The notes: generated from the letters alone by a model not told the origin. Shown: positions 13,847-26,089, counted from the first letter of the stretch. The stretch is 64,000 bases of DNA from Octopus vulgaris (GCA_951406725.2 OX597817.1:91140001-91204000); one strand, 5' to 3'. Program-made: numbers and translations.

Positions 13847-14007
13847 GTATGACAGGCTTCTTTCTATTTTCATCTACCAAATCTACAAGGCTTTGGTTGG
13901 CCCAAGGCACCAATAGCAGACACTTGCCCAAGGTACCATGCAGTTGGATTGAACCCAGAGCCATGTGGCTGGGAAGCAAATTTCTTACTACACAACCATG
14001 CTTGCAC
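13270..14007 (-). mobile_element. SINE family C, split by a family B insertion
   Basis: Tail at 13270-13460 and head (GTGCAAGCATGGTTGTGTAGTAAG...GGGTTCAATCC...CCTTGGGCAAGTGTC) at 13845-14007. Confidence 0.8.
13471..13797 (-). mobile_element. Young CORE-type SINE (family B) with 11-bp TSD
   Basis: Intact CpGs, A-box TGGCTTAGTGG, B-box GAGTTCGATTCC; TACAAAGACTC at 13460-13470 and 13798-13808. Confidence 0.92.
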
Positions 14008-14043
14008 TTATATATATGTATATATATATAACTTGTTTATAAG

Positions 14044-14086
<43 letters not shown>

Positions 14087-14129
14087 GATAAGAAAGTTGG
14101 TTCGTGAAAGCACGTGGTTGAATATATAG

Positions 14130-14740
14130 AAAATAGTAGAAAGTGAAAAAACTTCAGAAGGCTTGTTTTAAAAGGTTGAAAAATATATATTTGAGTCAAT
14201 ATGTCTGAAGAATATTATAAATTTTTTTCTTACAATGACATAGTTTAGAAGAAAGACCAGTTTCACGTTTAGCTTTTCAAATTTCTTACGTCGTAATGTT
14301 TATGTTGAGAAGAGTTATCGTTATGTTTATGTTGAAAAGAGTTCTAGATAAGGGGAGGTAATAAGTGATTTCTTCCGGTGTAAGGGAGATAATCGCTTAA
14401 AATTTTTGCCTTTCCTTTAGGATGAATTTCTCTGTATAAGTAGAGAAATTCACCCCAAAGGAAAGGCAAACAATTTTAAGCGATTATCTCCCTTACACCG
14501 GAAGAAATCACTTATTACCTCCCCTTATCTAGAACTCTTTTCAACATAAACATAACGATAACTCTTCTCAACATAAACATTACGACGTAAGAAATTTGAA
14601 AAGCTAAACGCGAAACCGGTCTTTCTTCTAAACTATGTCATTGTAAGAAAACAATTTATAATATTCTTCAGACATATTGACTCAAATATATATTTTTTAA
14701 CCTTTTAAAACAAGCCTTCTGAAGTTTTTTCACTTTTTAC

Positions 14741-14746
<6 letters not shown>
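14130..14746. repeat. Near-perfect long inverted repeat (~304-bp arms, 8-nt spacer) between (TA)n tracts; Penelope-like inverted pLTRs
   Basis: 14130-14433 is the reverse complement of 14442-14746 with few differences; spacer GTATAAGT. Confidence 0.95.
14589..14627 (+). ncRNA. Minimal type I hammerhead-like motif with U3-A8 core variant
   Basis: AAGAAA-T-TTGAAAA-GC.TAAAC.GC-GAAAC.CG.GTC-TTTCTT; mirror copy on minus strand at 14249-14287. Confidence 0.6.
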
Positions 14747-14784
<38 letters not shown>

Positions 14785-15459
14785 TTCACTTTGCTAACAG
14801 AAAAAAGATGGCATATTGACAAGATGATTCCATCCTTTACCATAGAGAACAGCTAATCAACTGAGGGATTACATTGATACAAATAAGCCAAAACAAAGGA
14901 CTGTGTATCTCCTTTGATACAAGAGTAACAAGATCACATATATACACAGAGTTGTAGGTCTGTTACTCTAGCCTGTACATTGGAGGCAGGGTATGAACAC
15001 ATCACTGGAAATGGCAGGAATTAAATGTCTTCTAAAAACTACTAAAGAATGCTTATGCTAGAACTACAGATGTAATTGTAAAGAAGATGAGGAACTACTT
15101 TAGTTATATTTGCAAGGGAGACATGAACTAAATCGTTCTGAATAGCATTGCAGCATGACATTAAAAAGGCATCAACCCATAGAAACCATGTAAAATTAGA
15201 CATTGGTGCTCAATACAGTCCTCAGACCCATCGAATCCAGTCAAACCTTCCAACCCATGCCAGGATGGAAGATGATAAAGATAAAATTGATGATGATAAC
15301 GACAATGATGACAACGATGGTGATAATGATGACAATAACACACATGTATGAATCTCAAATTAAGTTTCCTACTATATTTTTCTCTCACCATCTCTGTGCT
15401 ATTAATGAACTATGAATGATAATTACTTCATTATATACCTTCCTTTACTCACCTTCTTC

Positions 15460-15730
15460 TGTAATATTGATAATATAATTTAATATCCTGGTCTGTTTTG
15501 ATGGCTATCTTATGGTTCCAATATAACACACAGATGATTCTAATGTTCTTTTCTCTAAGCTAGCTTTTACTAAAGAGATGATGAGCTCTCTGTGATGTAC
15601 ACAGTCAAATGCCTTGGCATAATCTATGAAGCAAGCAAATGAATCTTTTTGTACTTGCATCTGCTTTTATGTTAGAATGTTGCAGCAGCAAAATATGGCA
15701 TCTATTATACATCTGTTGGCCTTAATTTCA
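15460..15730 (-). mobile_element. RTE LINE RT fragment (N-terminal motifs)
   Basis: Minus strand reads DAIFCC...QVQKDSFACFIDYAKAFDCVHHRELI. Confidence 0.8.
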
Positions 15731-15849
15731 AATTATATTAGAACCAAAAGGCAACAATCAGAATAGACCAATAATTGTTAGAACCAGCTGAGACCCAAAC
15801 TAATACAAAGATCTGTTTTATCACCTGTGTTATCTGTATTATCTATTTA

Positions 15850-16790
15850 TTGGGTCATCCCATAAATAATGCAGATTTTTTTTATACTTCTTTTATTTTT
15901 CAAAATTAAGATAAACAAAGTTCTTTTTAAATTTAAAAGTTATGTTTTCATCTTCATTTTCTACAATGCTCTTCCATCTATCTGGTAGACTTGTAAGGCA
16001 GCTTTTCCAAAATTCACTTGTCCGTGATGAAAAATATTCTTCCAGTACTGTTCTGACCTCATCTACAGAATTCAGATTTTTTCCATCCAAATGATTTTGA
16101 AGACTGTGGAATAAATAATTATCAGATGGAGCAATGTCTGGCAAATATGGTGGGTGGGGCATCGTTTCTTATTCAAACTACTCCAGCCTTTGGAATGTCA
16201 TCCTTGCTGTATGTGGCTGAGTATTCCTGATGGAAGATCACCTTCCATCTTGAAACTAAAGATGGTAATTTTTCTTCTGGTGCTGACTTAAGCCACTCAT
16301 GCTGCTCACAGTAAATCTCCGTTGTTATCGTATGGTTTGGGTTTATATGATTAAAGTGCACTAAACCTTTCATATCTCACCAAACAGATAACAACACCTT
16401 ACATGGATGAAGACCTTCTTTAGCCTGGGGTACCGGTGTTTCTCCTTTCCCTGCCAACTGTCTTTGGTGCTTGACATTTTTAAAGAGAGCCCATTTCTTG
16501 TCACCAGTCACTATTTGGTCCAAAAAAGGTTCATTCACTCTCTGCATGCGATTAGACTCAGAAAGTTTGAGGAACCCATTGACCCAATTTGCTGACTTTT
16601 CCGATGGCACGCAGGTGTTGATGAATGGTTGAGTGACCAAATACAACCTCCTCTACTACTTCCTCAGCAGTTATGATGGGATTTTGATCCACCAGGGTTT
16701 GCAGGACATCTTTGTCGAGCTCTACAGATCTTCCCAGATGGGGCTTGTTTCTAGGCTGTAGTTTCTGGCTCAGAATTTCTAGAACCACCA
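15850..16790 (-). mobile_element. Mariner family M2, copy A (5'-truncated)
   Basis: TA plus TIR TTGGGTCATCCCATAAATAATGCAG; frames with GQWVP, IVTGDKKW, PHPPYLPDIAPSDNYLF. Confidence 0.9.
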
Positions 16791-18540
16791 TTAGTTGCAG
16801 TCAGCAATGAGAATTTACAAGAATTTGTTGATGTTGTAAAAGAGCAAAGTGACAATATAGGCCTAAATGTGAATGTAAAAGACAAAAATAATGGTTATTA
16901 TTAGAACAGAACTAAAGAAAGCAAATATGAAGGTAGGTGGAGAGAAGCTTGAGTAAGTAAAAGACTTCAGATTTTTAGGACAAATAATAAATCAGGGAGA
17001 TTACTGTGAAGAAGAAGTTATTCAAAACAACATTTCATTAGAACGGAAAAAATGTTCACCTTAAAAGACAACATTGCACCTAAAATTGAGGCTAGTAAAA
17101 TGTTACACTATGCCAGTTGTCCTCTCCAGAGAAGAAACTTGGACAATGCATACAGTAATGGAAAAAAATAGGAACCTTTGAGGTGTAGGATAAAGTGGAA
17201 AGATATGATAACAAATGCTGCAGGATTGGAAAAGCTAAATATTCAAAGACACCTTTTACCAAACATCAAACCTACAAAGCTATTATCATATTGGGTCATC
17301 CCATAAATAATGCAGTTTTTTCAGTTGTATGAACTAAAAGTTGGAGGGGGATGGGATAAAATACCTGCATCAACTTGCTATAAAAGCAGGTAGTAATTTT
17401 ACTTTGTACTTATTCTTTGTGCAAGTTTTGAAGAGTGCAGTTCGATTTTAACAGTTAATTTTTCAAAGGATGTCCTGCAAACCCTGGTGGAACAAAATCC
17501 CATTGTAGCTGTTGAGGAACTTACAGAGAAGCTTGTATTTGGTCATTCAACCATTCATCAACACCTGCGTGCCCTTAGAAAAGTCAGCAAATTGGGTCAA
17601 TGGGTTCCTCACAAACTTTCCATGTCTAATCGCACACAGAGAGTGAATGTGTGCTCTACTTTGCTGTCACATCTTACGAATGAACCTTTTTTGAACCCAA
17701 TAGTGACTGGTGATAAGAAATGAGTTCTCTAAAAATGTCAAGCACCAAAGATAATGGGTAGGGAAAATGGAAACATTGGCACCCCAGACTAAAGAAAGTT
17801 TTCACCTATGTCAGGTGTTGTTATCTATTTGGTGAGATATAAAAGGTTTAGTGCACTTTAAATATTTAAACCGAAACCAAGCGATAACAAAGGAGATCTG
17901 CTATGAGCAGCTTGAGCAGCTTAAGTTAATGCTAGAAGAGAAACGACCATCTCTGATTTCAAGAAGGAAAGTGTTCTTCCATCAGGATAATGCCTGGCCA
18001 CACACAGCCACAAAGGCTGGAGTAGTTTGAATAGGAAACGATACCCCACCCACCATATTTGCCAGGCATTGCTCCATCTGATTATCATTTATTCTGCAGT
18101 CTTCAAAATCATTTGGATGGTAAAAATCTGAATTCTGTAGATGAGGTCAGAACAGTATTGGAGGAGCATTTTTCATCACGTACAAGTGAATTTTGGAAGA
18201 GGCGCCTTGCAAGTCTACCAGATAGATGGGTGATCATTGTTGAAAATGAAGATGAAAAAATAACTTTTAGATTAAAAAAGAACCTTGTTTATCTTAATTT
18301 TGAAAAATAAAAGAAGTATTAAAAAAATCTGCATTATTTATGGGGTGGACAAATAATTTGGACATACAATGTGTTATGAGTCTCAACCCAAGGCAATTTT
18401 GACAAGAGAGCTAAAGGACATCAATAATGTTTGTGAAGTGACAGCATTAAAAGAGTTGACTGGAAACAGGAACCTGGCTGGTTGAATGCTTCACAACACA
18501 GAGGGAACGGGAGAGTCTCGGCAAACTGACTCCTGAATAT
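16791..18540 (+). mobile_element. RTE LINE RT C-terminal fragment interrupted by mariner copy B
   Basis: LVAVSNENLQEFVDVVKEQSDNIGLNVN, VKDFRFLG, LVKCYTMPVVL..EETWT; resumes with FGH after 18355. Confidence 0.75.
17291..18353 (+). mobile_element. Mariner family M2, copy B (internally deleted)
   Basis: Both TIRs with TA flanks; WVPHKL, IVTGDKK, HQDNA, IAPSDYHLF; N-terminal HTH region deleted near 17468. Confidence 0.92.
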
Positions 18541-18809
18541 AAAGTGGGCACATGGCTGATGAATTTGATGTCATGCAATGTTCCTAGATTTCCGATTACA
18601 TTTTATTGAAGAGACATAGCTAGCTTGAAATGGCAGTTATGCAGAAATAGCAAGGATTCTATGATTAAAAGAAAAAAAATTAAAAGAAATAAAATTTAAT
18701 TTAATCAAATAAATGCTTATAGACAAGATCGATCACCTCCCTAACAAAGGAAAAAATTGGGTTCTTGCAAAAAATGGGCTCCCTTAACACAGAGCACAAC
18801 CAATAAACT

Positions 18810-18861
<52 letters not shown>

Positions 18862-19231
18862 AAATTATATATAGAATACTAGCAGAAAAGTATAAATTTC
18901 ACATATAGTTCACACTGTAACAATGTATTGATAGACAGATGTTAAACAGTCTTTTACTTGTTGAGCTCTTAATTACAGTGGATTTATTTTCACCAGGTAA
19001 AGAAAATTTGGTATCAAGACTTAGTTAGTGAGGGCTTTTTTCAAAGGTTAGGGTGTAGCCTCATTCCCCATTGAAGTTGTCTGCTGTGGCCTTCCAGTTG
19101 GATCACTGCACTATTTCTAGTAGAAGATAGATCTGGAATCCACAGGACTGAATAAAGCCATCAAGGAGATAGGTCCAGCAGCTGAAACTAGCTTAGCTCA
19201 AGGGGGTTCTGGTTGGTAAGAGACTGCAAAT

Positions 19232-19464
19232 TAAAGGCGGTGAGCTGGCAGAATCGTTAGCACGCTGGGTGAAATGCTTAACAGTATTTCATCTGCTGCT
19301 ACGTTCTGAGTTCAAATTCCACCAAGGTCGACTTTGCCTTTCATCCTTTCGGGGTCAATAAATTAAGTACCAGTTACACACTGGGGTCCTTGTAATCGAC
19401 TTAATCCCTTTGTCTGTCCTTGTTTGTCCCCTCTATGTTTAGCCCTTTGTGGGCAATAAAGAAA
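19232..19464 (+). mobile_element. SINE family A, full length with 15-bp TSD
   Basis: TAAGAGACT[G/A]CAAAT at 19217-19231 and 19465-19479. Confidence 0.9.
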
Positions 19465-19972
19465 TAAGAGACTACAAATGGAGTCCTTCTGTAGGTGAAG
19501 ACTAGTTCTGTTCTTGCTGCCCCACTCATCAGAAGCATACCAGCTAAGGGGTGAAATGCTTTTGACCCTGAGATACATGCAGACAATGTGGAAGAGCAAG
19601 AGTGAAAGATTGAGAGAGAGGGGAGAGAAGTCTATTAGCCTTGATGCCAACTCAAGAAGTTTCTTCTCTCTTTATTGAAACATCATCCCTAGTACTTAGG
19701 ATATAGCAACAATCTGTCACTGACAACCTTATGCTTATTTGCTTTAGCAACCTGAAAAGATTGATAGTCTAGGAAATTCACCTATAGCTTGGGCAGAGAG
19801 CAACAGAAAAAAATCGACTGCCTAGATGCTATTATATCCCAGCAAGGGCCTTTCTATGGTAGGCTATGTTCTATATATAGAGGTTATCAGGCTATTGCTT
19901 TAACATGCTCTACAACAGCACATAGAACCATATAGATATTAACATACTTTGGTTGCCCTATGGATCAGAACG

Positions 19973-20523
19973 GAGGCAACCTTATTCCTAGGCAACCCTA
20001 TACTAAGGCAAACTTATACCTACATAACCTTATACCTAGGCAGCCTTATACCTTGGCAAACTTGTACCAAAGCAACCTTATACCAAGCAAACTTATATCA
20101 AGGCAACCTTACATCCAAGTAACCTTATACTATGGCAGCCTTATACCAAGGCAACCTTATACCAAGACAACCTTACACCCAGGCAACATTATACCAAAGT
20201 AACCTTATATCAAGACAGCCTTATACTTAGGCAACCTTATACCAAAGTAAACTTATACCAGGGGAAACCTTACATCCAGGCAGCCTTATACCCAGGTAAC
20301 CTTGTACCAAGGCAACCTTATATTAAGGCAACCTTATATCAAGGCAAACTTATACCAGGGTAACCTTACACTCTGGCAAACTTATACCACGTTGACCTTA
20401 TACCAAGGCAACCTTATACCTAGGCAACTTTATACATAGATAACCTTATACCAAGGCAACCTTATACCTAGGCATCTTTATACATAGGTAACCTTATACT
20501 AAGGCAGTCTTATACCTTATACC
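19973..20523. repeat. 16-bp minisatellite, consensus AGGCAACCTTATACC(A/T), ~34 units
   Basis: Direct reading; head-to-tail units with no spacers. Confidence 0.92.
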
Positions 20524-21472
20524 TACTGCTTCTTTGAGCATCCTAGAAGCTAATCTCACCACTTCTAACATCAAGCTTTACATGTCCACCTTTGAGTAGT
20601 AAGACCAAAGCAGGATGAGGGGACTATATATATTCATTACAATTAAATAAATTAAATAAAATATTTATTGATTAGTCGATTGTTTGATATATAAAATAAA
20701 CATTATATAATTTTGTGTATATAATAGCTTGTTTTTCAGTCTCTTTCCATAGTTTATTAATCAACTGTCTTATGAATATTGTAAAAGTTGTGAGTATTAA
20801 TTATGTCGCTGATTTTGTTCCATAGTAAAAGCATTACATACATAGACAGTAGCTGAATAATATTACAAGTATGATATAATTTAATATAACACAGCCTACG
20901 AAATAATACAATAATATTCATTTCTGTACATGTGCAGAGATATTTCTCTGTGTCATTGTCAATTGTTCTCTCTGCTGTGTCAGCCATTCTCTTTACTTTC
21001 ATTCCAGACAACAATATCCCTACTGACAGTTGTTGCTGTTGTTGTGTAACCCCAAGTAATTCATGATCCATTAAACTTATTATCAAAGCATTCTAGCCAT
21101 GACCATCCTGTCTTTTATAAGATATACTATATATAAGCACTACATTATCAAATGTGCTGAAGAATCATTAATGAAACACACTCACACATGTATAAACATA
21201 TATGCAGACACACACACACACACACACACATACACAAATGCAATCTGAATAAGTTAAACACATATAAAAAACATACCCAGACATATACATACATACACAT
21301 ATACATATGTATATACATACAAATGGACACATATAAACACATCTTCATACATATGCACAAAAGAACAGACAGACAATCATGCACATGTGTAAATATATTG
21401 ATGCATGGATACATTCACGTACACATGTAAATAAATACATATGTACTACAGACGTATGTACACATGCATATA

Positions 21473-22462
21473 CGAGGGGCGTTCAATAAGTAATGCCCCT
21501 GACCCACTTCCCGTAGCAGTAGAGCAACGAAACTTGGCACAGTTATTAGTCTTTTTCTACATAGGAACCACCCAGAGTTACGCATTTCTCCCATTGCTTG
21601 ATGCAGCTCTGAAGACCGTTTTTGTAGAAGACCCCAGCTTGGTCCTCCAACCTGAACGTGACTTCAGAAATCAAGGCTGCATCATCTGGGAAACGCTTTC
21701 CTTTCAAAAACAACTTCATGACTGGGAAGAGGGGAAAATCAGAGGGTGCAAGGTCAGGAAAGTAGGGGGATGGGGGAGGAGTTCATAGCCATACACCTGT
21801 GCTTCTGATCTGGCGACAAGCGAGTTGTGGACCGGAGCGTTGTCCTGCAGGAGGAGGATGCCTTTGCTGATCTTGCCCCGCCTCTTGATTTTGATAACTT
21901 CTCTTAATTTTCTCAAAAGTGAAGCATAATAGGCTCCTGCAATTGTGGTACCCTTTGCCAGGAAATCTGTCATCACTACTCCGTCCTGGTCCCAGAAGAC
22001 TGTGAGCATGACCTTGCCAGCGGAGGGCTGCACCCTTGCTTTCTTTGGAGGGGGTGAGTTACGGTGCTTCCACTGCATTGACTGGGCTTTGGTCTCTGGA
22101 TCATCGTGATGGACCCAGGTTTCATCCTGTGTAATCAGTCTTTTGAAAAGATCTGAGAGCTGTTTCCACAGAGTTCCGACCATGTTTGAATTCATCATCA
22201 CCATAAGTTACTTTCATTTCATCAAAAGTCTCCCGTGGTGTGCGTCCTTTCAAATACAAAAACCGGATCACTGCTCGACACTCAACAGGCTCCATTTCAC
22301 ACTTGACTCGGTTCAAACACCTGTAAATCAGAAACCACAATTAATTCAGAGCTGTAATTTGCCACTTACTCTATAGAGATATAAATGATTGCACATGCAA
22401 AATTTCAGCTAGATCAAACAACTGCAAGTGGGTCAGAGGCATTACTTATTGAACGTCCCTCG
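21473..22462 (-). mobile_element. Mariner transposon, relatively young, internally deleted
   Basis: TIRs CGAGGG[G/A]CGTTCAATAAGTAATGCC[C/T]CTGACCCACT with TA TSD on both sides; ITQDETWVHHDDPETK, VMLTVFWD, LLQDNAPVH, LPHPP. Confidence 0.95.
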
Positions 22463-22617
22463 TACTTATATGTACACAAGTATATACATGCATGTACATA
22501 TTTGTGTGTACAAGTATATATGTCTGTAAATATGTATTCATTTACACGTGTGTACGCATGTGAGTATGTGTGCGTGTGTGCATGTGCACATGTAAATGAA
22601 TACATATTAACAGACAT

Positions 22618-22670
<53 letters not shown>

Positions 22671-22780
22671 CCTGTAAATACATACACCTATACACATATA
22701 TACTTATGTAAATACACAAGTGCAGAAAAGTGCGCGCTTGCACACACACACATATACGTGTGTATGTGTATATATATATA

Positions 22781-23686
22781 TTGGGTCATCCCATAAATAA
22801 TGAAGGTTTTTCAATTGCATGAACTAAAAGTCAGAGAGAGATGGAATAAACTACCGGCATCAACTTGCTATAAAAGTAGGTAGTAATTTTACTTTGTACT
22901 TATGTTTAGTACAAATTTTGAAGAGTACAGTTCGATTTAAACAGTTATTTTTTCAAAGTTATAATGGAAGTGACAAAGGAGCATATTCAATATATTTTGC
23001 TTTATGAGTTCAATAAAGGCAACAATGCAATGGAAAGTGCGAGGGATATTAATGCAGTATTTGGGGACTGGACAATAAGCATAAACCAGTGTCAAAGGTG
23101 GTTCAAGAAGTTCCAAGCCAGAAACTACAGGCTAAAAGACAAGCCTCATCCTGGAAGATCTGTACAGTTCAACAAGGATATCCTGCAAATCCTGGTTGAA
23201 CAAAATCCCATCGTAACTGTTGAGGAAATAACAGAGAAGCTTGGATTTGGTTGTTCAACCATTCATTCAAATCAGCACTAGAAGGAAAACAACCATCTTT
23301 GGTTTCAAAATGAAAGGTATTCTTGGCCACATACAGTGAAAATAACATTCCAAAGACAGGAGAAGTTTGAATGGGAAACAATGTCCCACCCATCATATTT
23401 ACAGGACATTGCCCCATTTGATTATCATTTATTCTGCAGGCTTCAAAATCATTTAGATGGAAAAAATCTGAATTCGGTAGAGGTCAGAACAGTACTGGAG
23501 GAATATTTTTCATCACAGACAAGTGAATTTTAGAAGAGAGGCCTTGCAAGTCTACCAGATAGATGGAAGAGTATTGTAGAAAATGAAGATGAAAAAATAA
23601 CTTTTAGATTAAAAAAGAAATTTGTTTATCTGAATTTTGAAAAGTAAAAGTATAAAAAAAACTGCATTATTTATGGGATGACCCCA
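22781..23686 (+). mobile_element. Mariner family M2, copy C (internally deleted)
   Basis: Both TIRs with TA flanks; MEVTKEHIQYILLYEF...QRWFKKF HTH region and DIAPFDYHLF; catalytic middle missing. Confidence 0.92.
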
Positions 23687-23961
23687 TAAATATATATATA
23701 TATATATATACATACCCATGCATTTCATGCATAAACATGGAAAGGCATATATTTACAGACAAACATGTAGAGAGGGAGTGTCTTGGAAGGTTAAAAAATG
23801 CTTTTTCTGTGCGAACACTACTTACGTATAAGGAGTGGCTAATAAGAAGATTCAAGAAATTGGTAGAGAACCACTTTACAATTTACAAGAAAAACCATCA
23901 GCAGTTTTATCATAGGTTGCACTTGCACTCCAGGCAATAACTTTATTGTATGTGACCCTAC

Positions 23962-24180
23962 TTAATGCTAACCCACCTGAGACTCTCCTCTTTCTATGAT
24001 ACAAACTTTCTGTTTTAAAGTGATCAATATTAAAACCATCCATCAAATTTCATGTTAATTTATGTTCCGAACATCAGCTTGATAATGATAAGATTATTTT
24101 AGCAAATCCCTCATTATTTTCAAAATTAATTGAAACAAAGGCAATGTGTTTCAACACATATACAGTAACAAACATGTTTA
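23962..24180. mobile_element. Degenerate MITE-like repeat (possibly TTAA/piggyBac type)
   Basis: Starts at TTAA; resembles a common cephalopod repeat by recall only; TIRs eroded. Confidence 0.3.
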
Positions 24181-24889
24181 GGTGAATGTGTTCATTAAAT
24201 TTAATATTGCTTTTTTTTAGGTGAAGTTTATTATTATGAAAATTAAATTTATCATTTAGGTTAAATTTTGATTATTTTAAATTCAAAATTATTTAAGTTG
24301 AATTATTTATTAATTAGATTAAGTCAAAATTATATTCTTGTAACTTAAATTCACTTCCTTATTTCTGTATTCGTGTGAAACTTCACAATCTAGATTTTGG
24401 ACAACTTTTATTCCCAAACAATTCCAAACAGCCAATTTTCCTGATCTCTTACACTTATTTGTTATTTTCCCATTCATGATAATTAGTTGAGCAATTTTCT
24501 TATAAGTTGATTAAGCTTTGCATAAGAATATATCTTTAATTTCATTCTGAAATTAATTTAATTAAAGATCTGAGTAGGAAGTGTGGAGATGAGGAGTTGA
24601 GTAATATAGAATTGCAGTTTCTTTTTCAATCAAAATGTATCTCATTATCAAATCATTGCATGATTCATTGCAAATCTAATACAGAACAAAAGGGCATCAA
24701 ATTGCTAGAGGCAGCAGGCAAATATCTCTCAAGTTACACCGTACTACATTAAAACAAGCAAGGTTGTATTAGATAGAAAAATAACAGGTTTGTAACATCT
24801 GGATCATCTTTGATTCTAACTCTCCTGCTACAGGGCTGACCAAGTGTTAAAGAACAATAACATTAAAACTTATTATATACATAGACATG

Positions 24890-25540
24890 GATTTTTTTAA
24901 TGCAAACTGTACAACATGACTATCTTAGCATCTCAGGGGGGAGGACACAGCATCATGGTATGGGGCAGGATTGCACTCAGTCAGAAACTTGGACTGGTGG
25001 TCTTCCAAAATATTACCCAAGGCTGGGGTAACAAAGTAATCACTGCTCGCTACATTGACCCAGTGTTGAGGCCTCACATTGTGTCATACTTTTCCCATCA
25101 TTGGAATCATACTGCCAGGTTGACAACAGACTTCCTCCAACAGCACAACATCCAAACACTGCCATGGCCTGCCTTAAGTCCAGACTTGAACTCTATAGAG
25201 CACCTGTGGGATGAAATCCAAAGATGGCTACATGACATCCATTCAAGGCCAACAACTGTGGCACAACTCACTGCAAGTTTTAACAGAGTGTGGGATGCTA
25301 TCCCCATGGCCTTCCTCAATCGTTTGGCGCATTCAATGTACAGAAGATGCCTAGCAGTAATCAATATTAACAGTGGTCACAAAAGGTATTAAATTCATCT
25401 CTTTGGATCCAGGACACTCTATCATCATGTAACACCATGTGACGTCAAACATTTTTCAGGAAATGACATTTTATCATTAGGAACAAATGGTTTCTTAAAG
25501 CGGTTTCTATTTGGTATGAGTGTGATGTTTCTTTTGTGGT

Positions 25541-25548
<8 letters not shown>
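24890..25548 (+). mobile_element. Tc1-like transposase 3' half (DDE_3), pseudogene
   Basis: ORF 24916-25392: GGGHSIMVWG, LPWPALSPDLNSIEHLWDEI, GHKRY; QQDNA motif deleted; TIR-like end TTTCTTTTGTGGTTCAGTT followed by TA. Confidence 0.88.
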
Positions 25549-25570
<22 letters not shown>

Positions 25571-25572
<2 letters not shown>

Positions 25573-25782
25573 ACGGGAAGCTTTATGAAAATAGACAAAA
25601 GACGAAGGCAGGTGGAAAACAAACAAACAATTGTATTAGTATGGCGCTCAGGAAATATAAATAAAACAAGTCTTTAACGTTTCGAGCCTACGCTCTTCAA
25701 CAGAAAGATACACAGAGAGAAAAAACACAGAAAGAAGGAGAGAAAAAAAATGCGTGCAGTAACTAACGAATCAACATGGCGA
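25571..25782 (-). mobile_element. ~210-bp HHR-like repeat, copy 2
   Basis: Reverse complement of 10822-11032; motif at 25671-25708; (TA)n on both sides. Confidence 0.8.
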
Positions 25783-25783
25783 T

Positions 25784-25824
<41 letters not shown>

Positions 25825-25829
<5 letters not shown>

Positions 25830-26030
25830 ATGTTCAGAATGAGATAAAAATCCAAGGCTGTGAAAGATTTTAGAACATTATAATTAGAAGGTATTACAGC
25901 TGTTTCTGGGATATTTTATATATCCCTTCATCAGAGACAGTGTGAGAAAATAGTTAAGCAATAGTTATTCGAGATTAGATATGAAATAGAGAGTGAAGTG
26001 GAGGAATGAAAATAGACGTGAGATGTGCAA
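25825..26030 (-). mobile_element. Penelope pLTR-like fragment
   Basis: Contains a canonical HHR core and abuts (TA)n. Confidence 0.55.
25891..25938 (-). ncRNA. Type I hammerhead ribozyme motif, canonical core
   Basis: GTCT-CTGATGA-A-GGGATAT.ATAAA.ATATCCC-A-GAAAC.AGCT.GTA-ATAC; stem I carries a mismatch. Confidence 0.75.
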
Positions 26031-26089
26031 GGATATTGCATATGTAGATCTATTATTTACGTAGAATGGTACTGGAATCTTATATGTAT

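Noticed and set aside
19973-20523. CRISPR-like appearance of the 16-bp array
   Set aside because: No unique spacers, no cas genes, eukaryotic context.
21716-22340. Domesticated or active mariner transposase
   Set aside because: Internal deletions and frameshifts; both TIRs and the TA TSD mark it as an ordinary defective copy.
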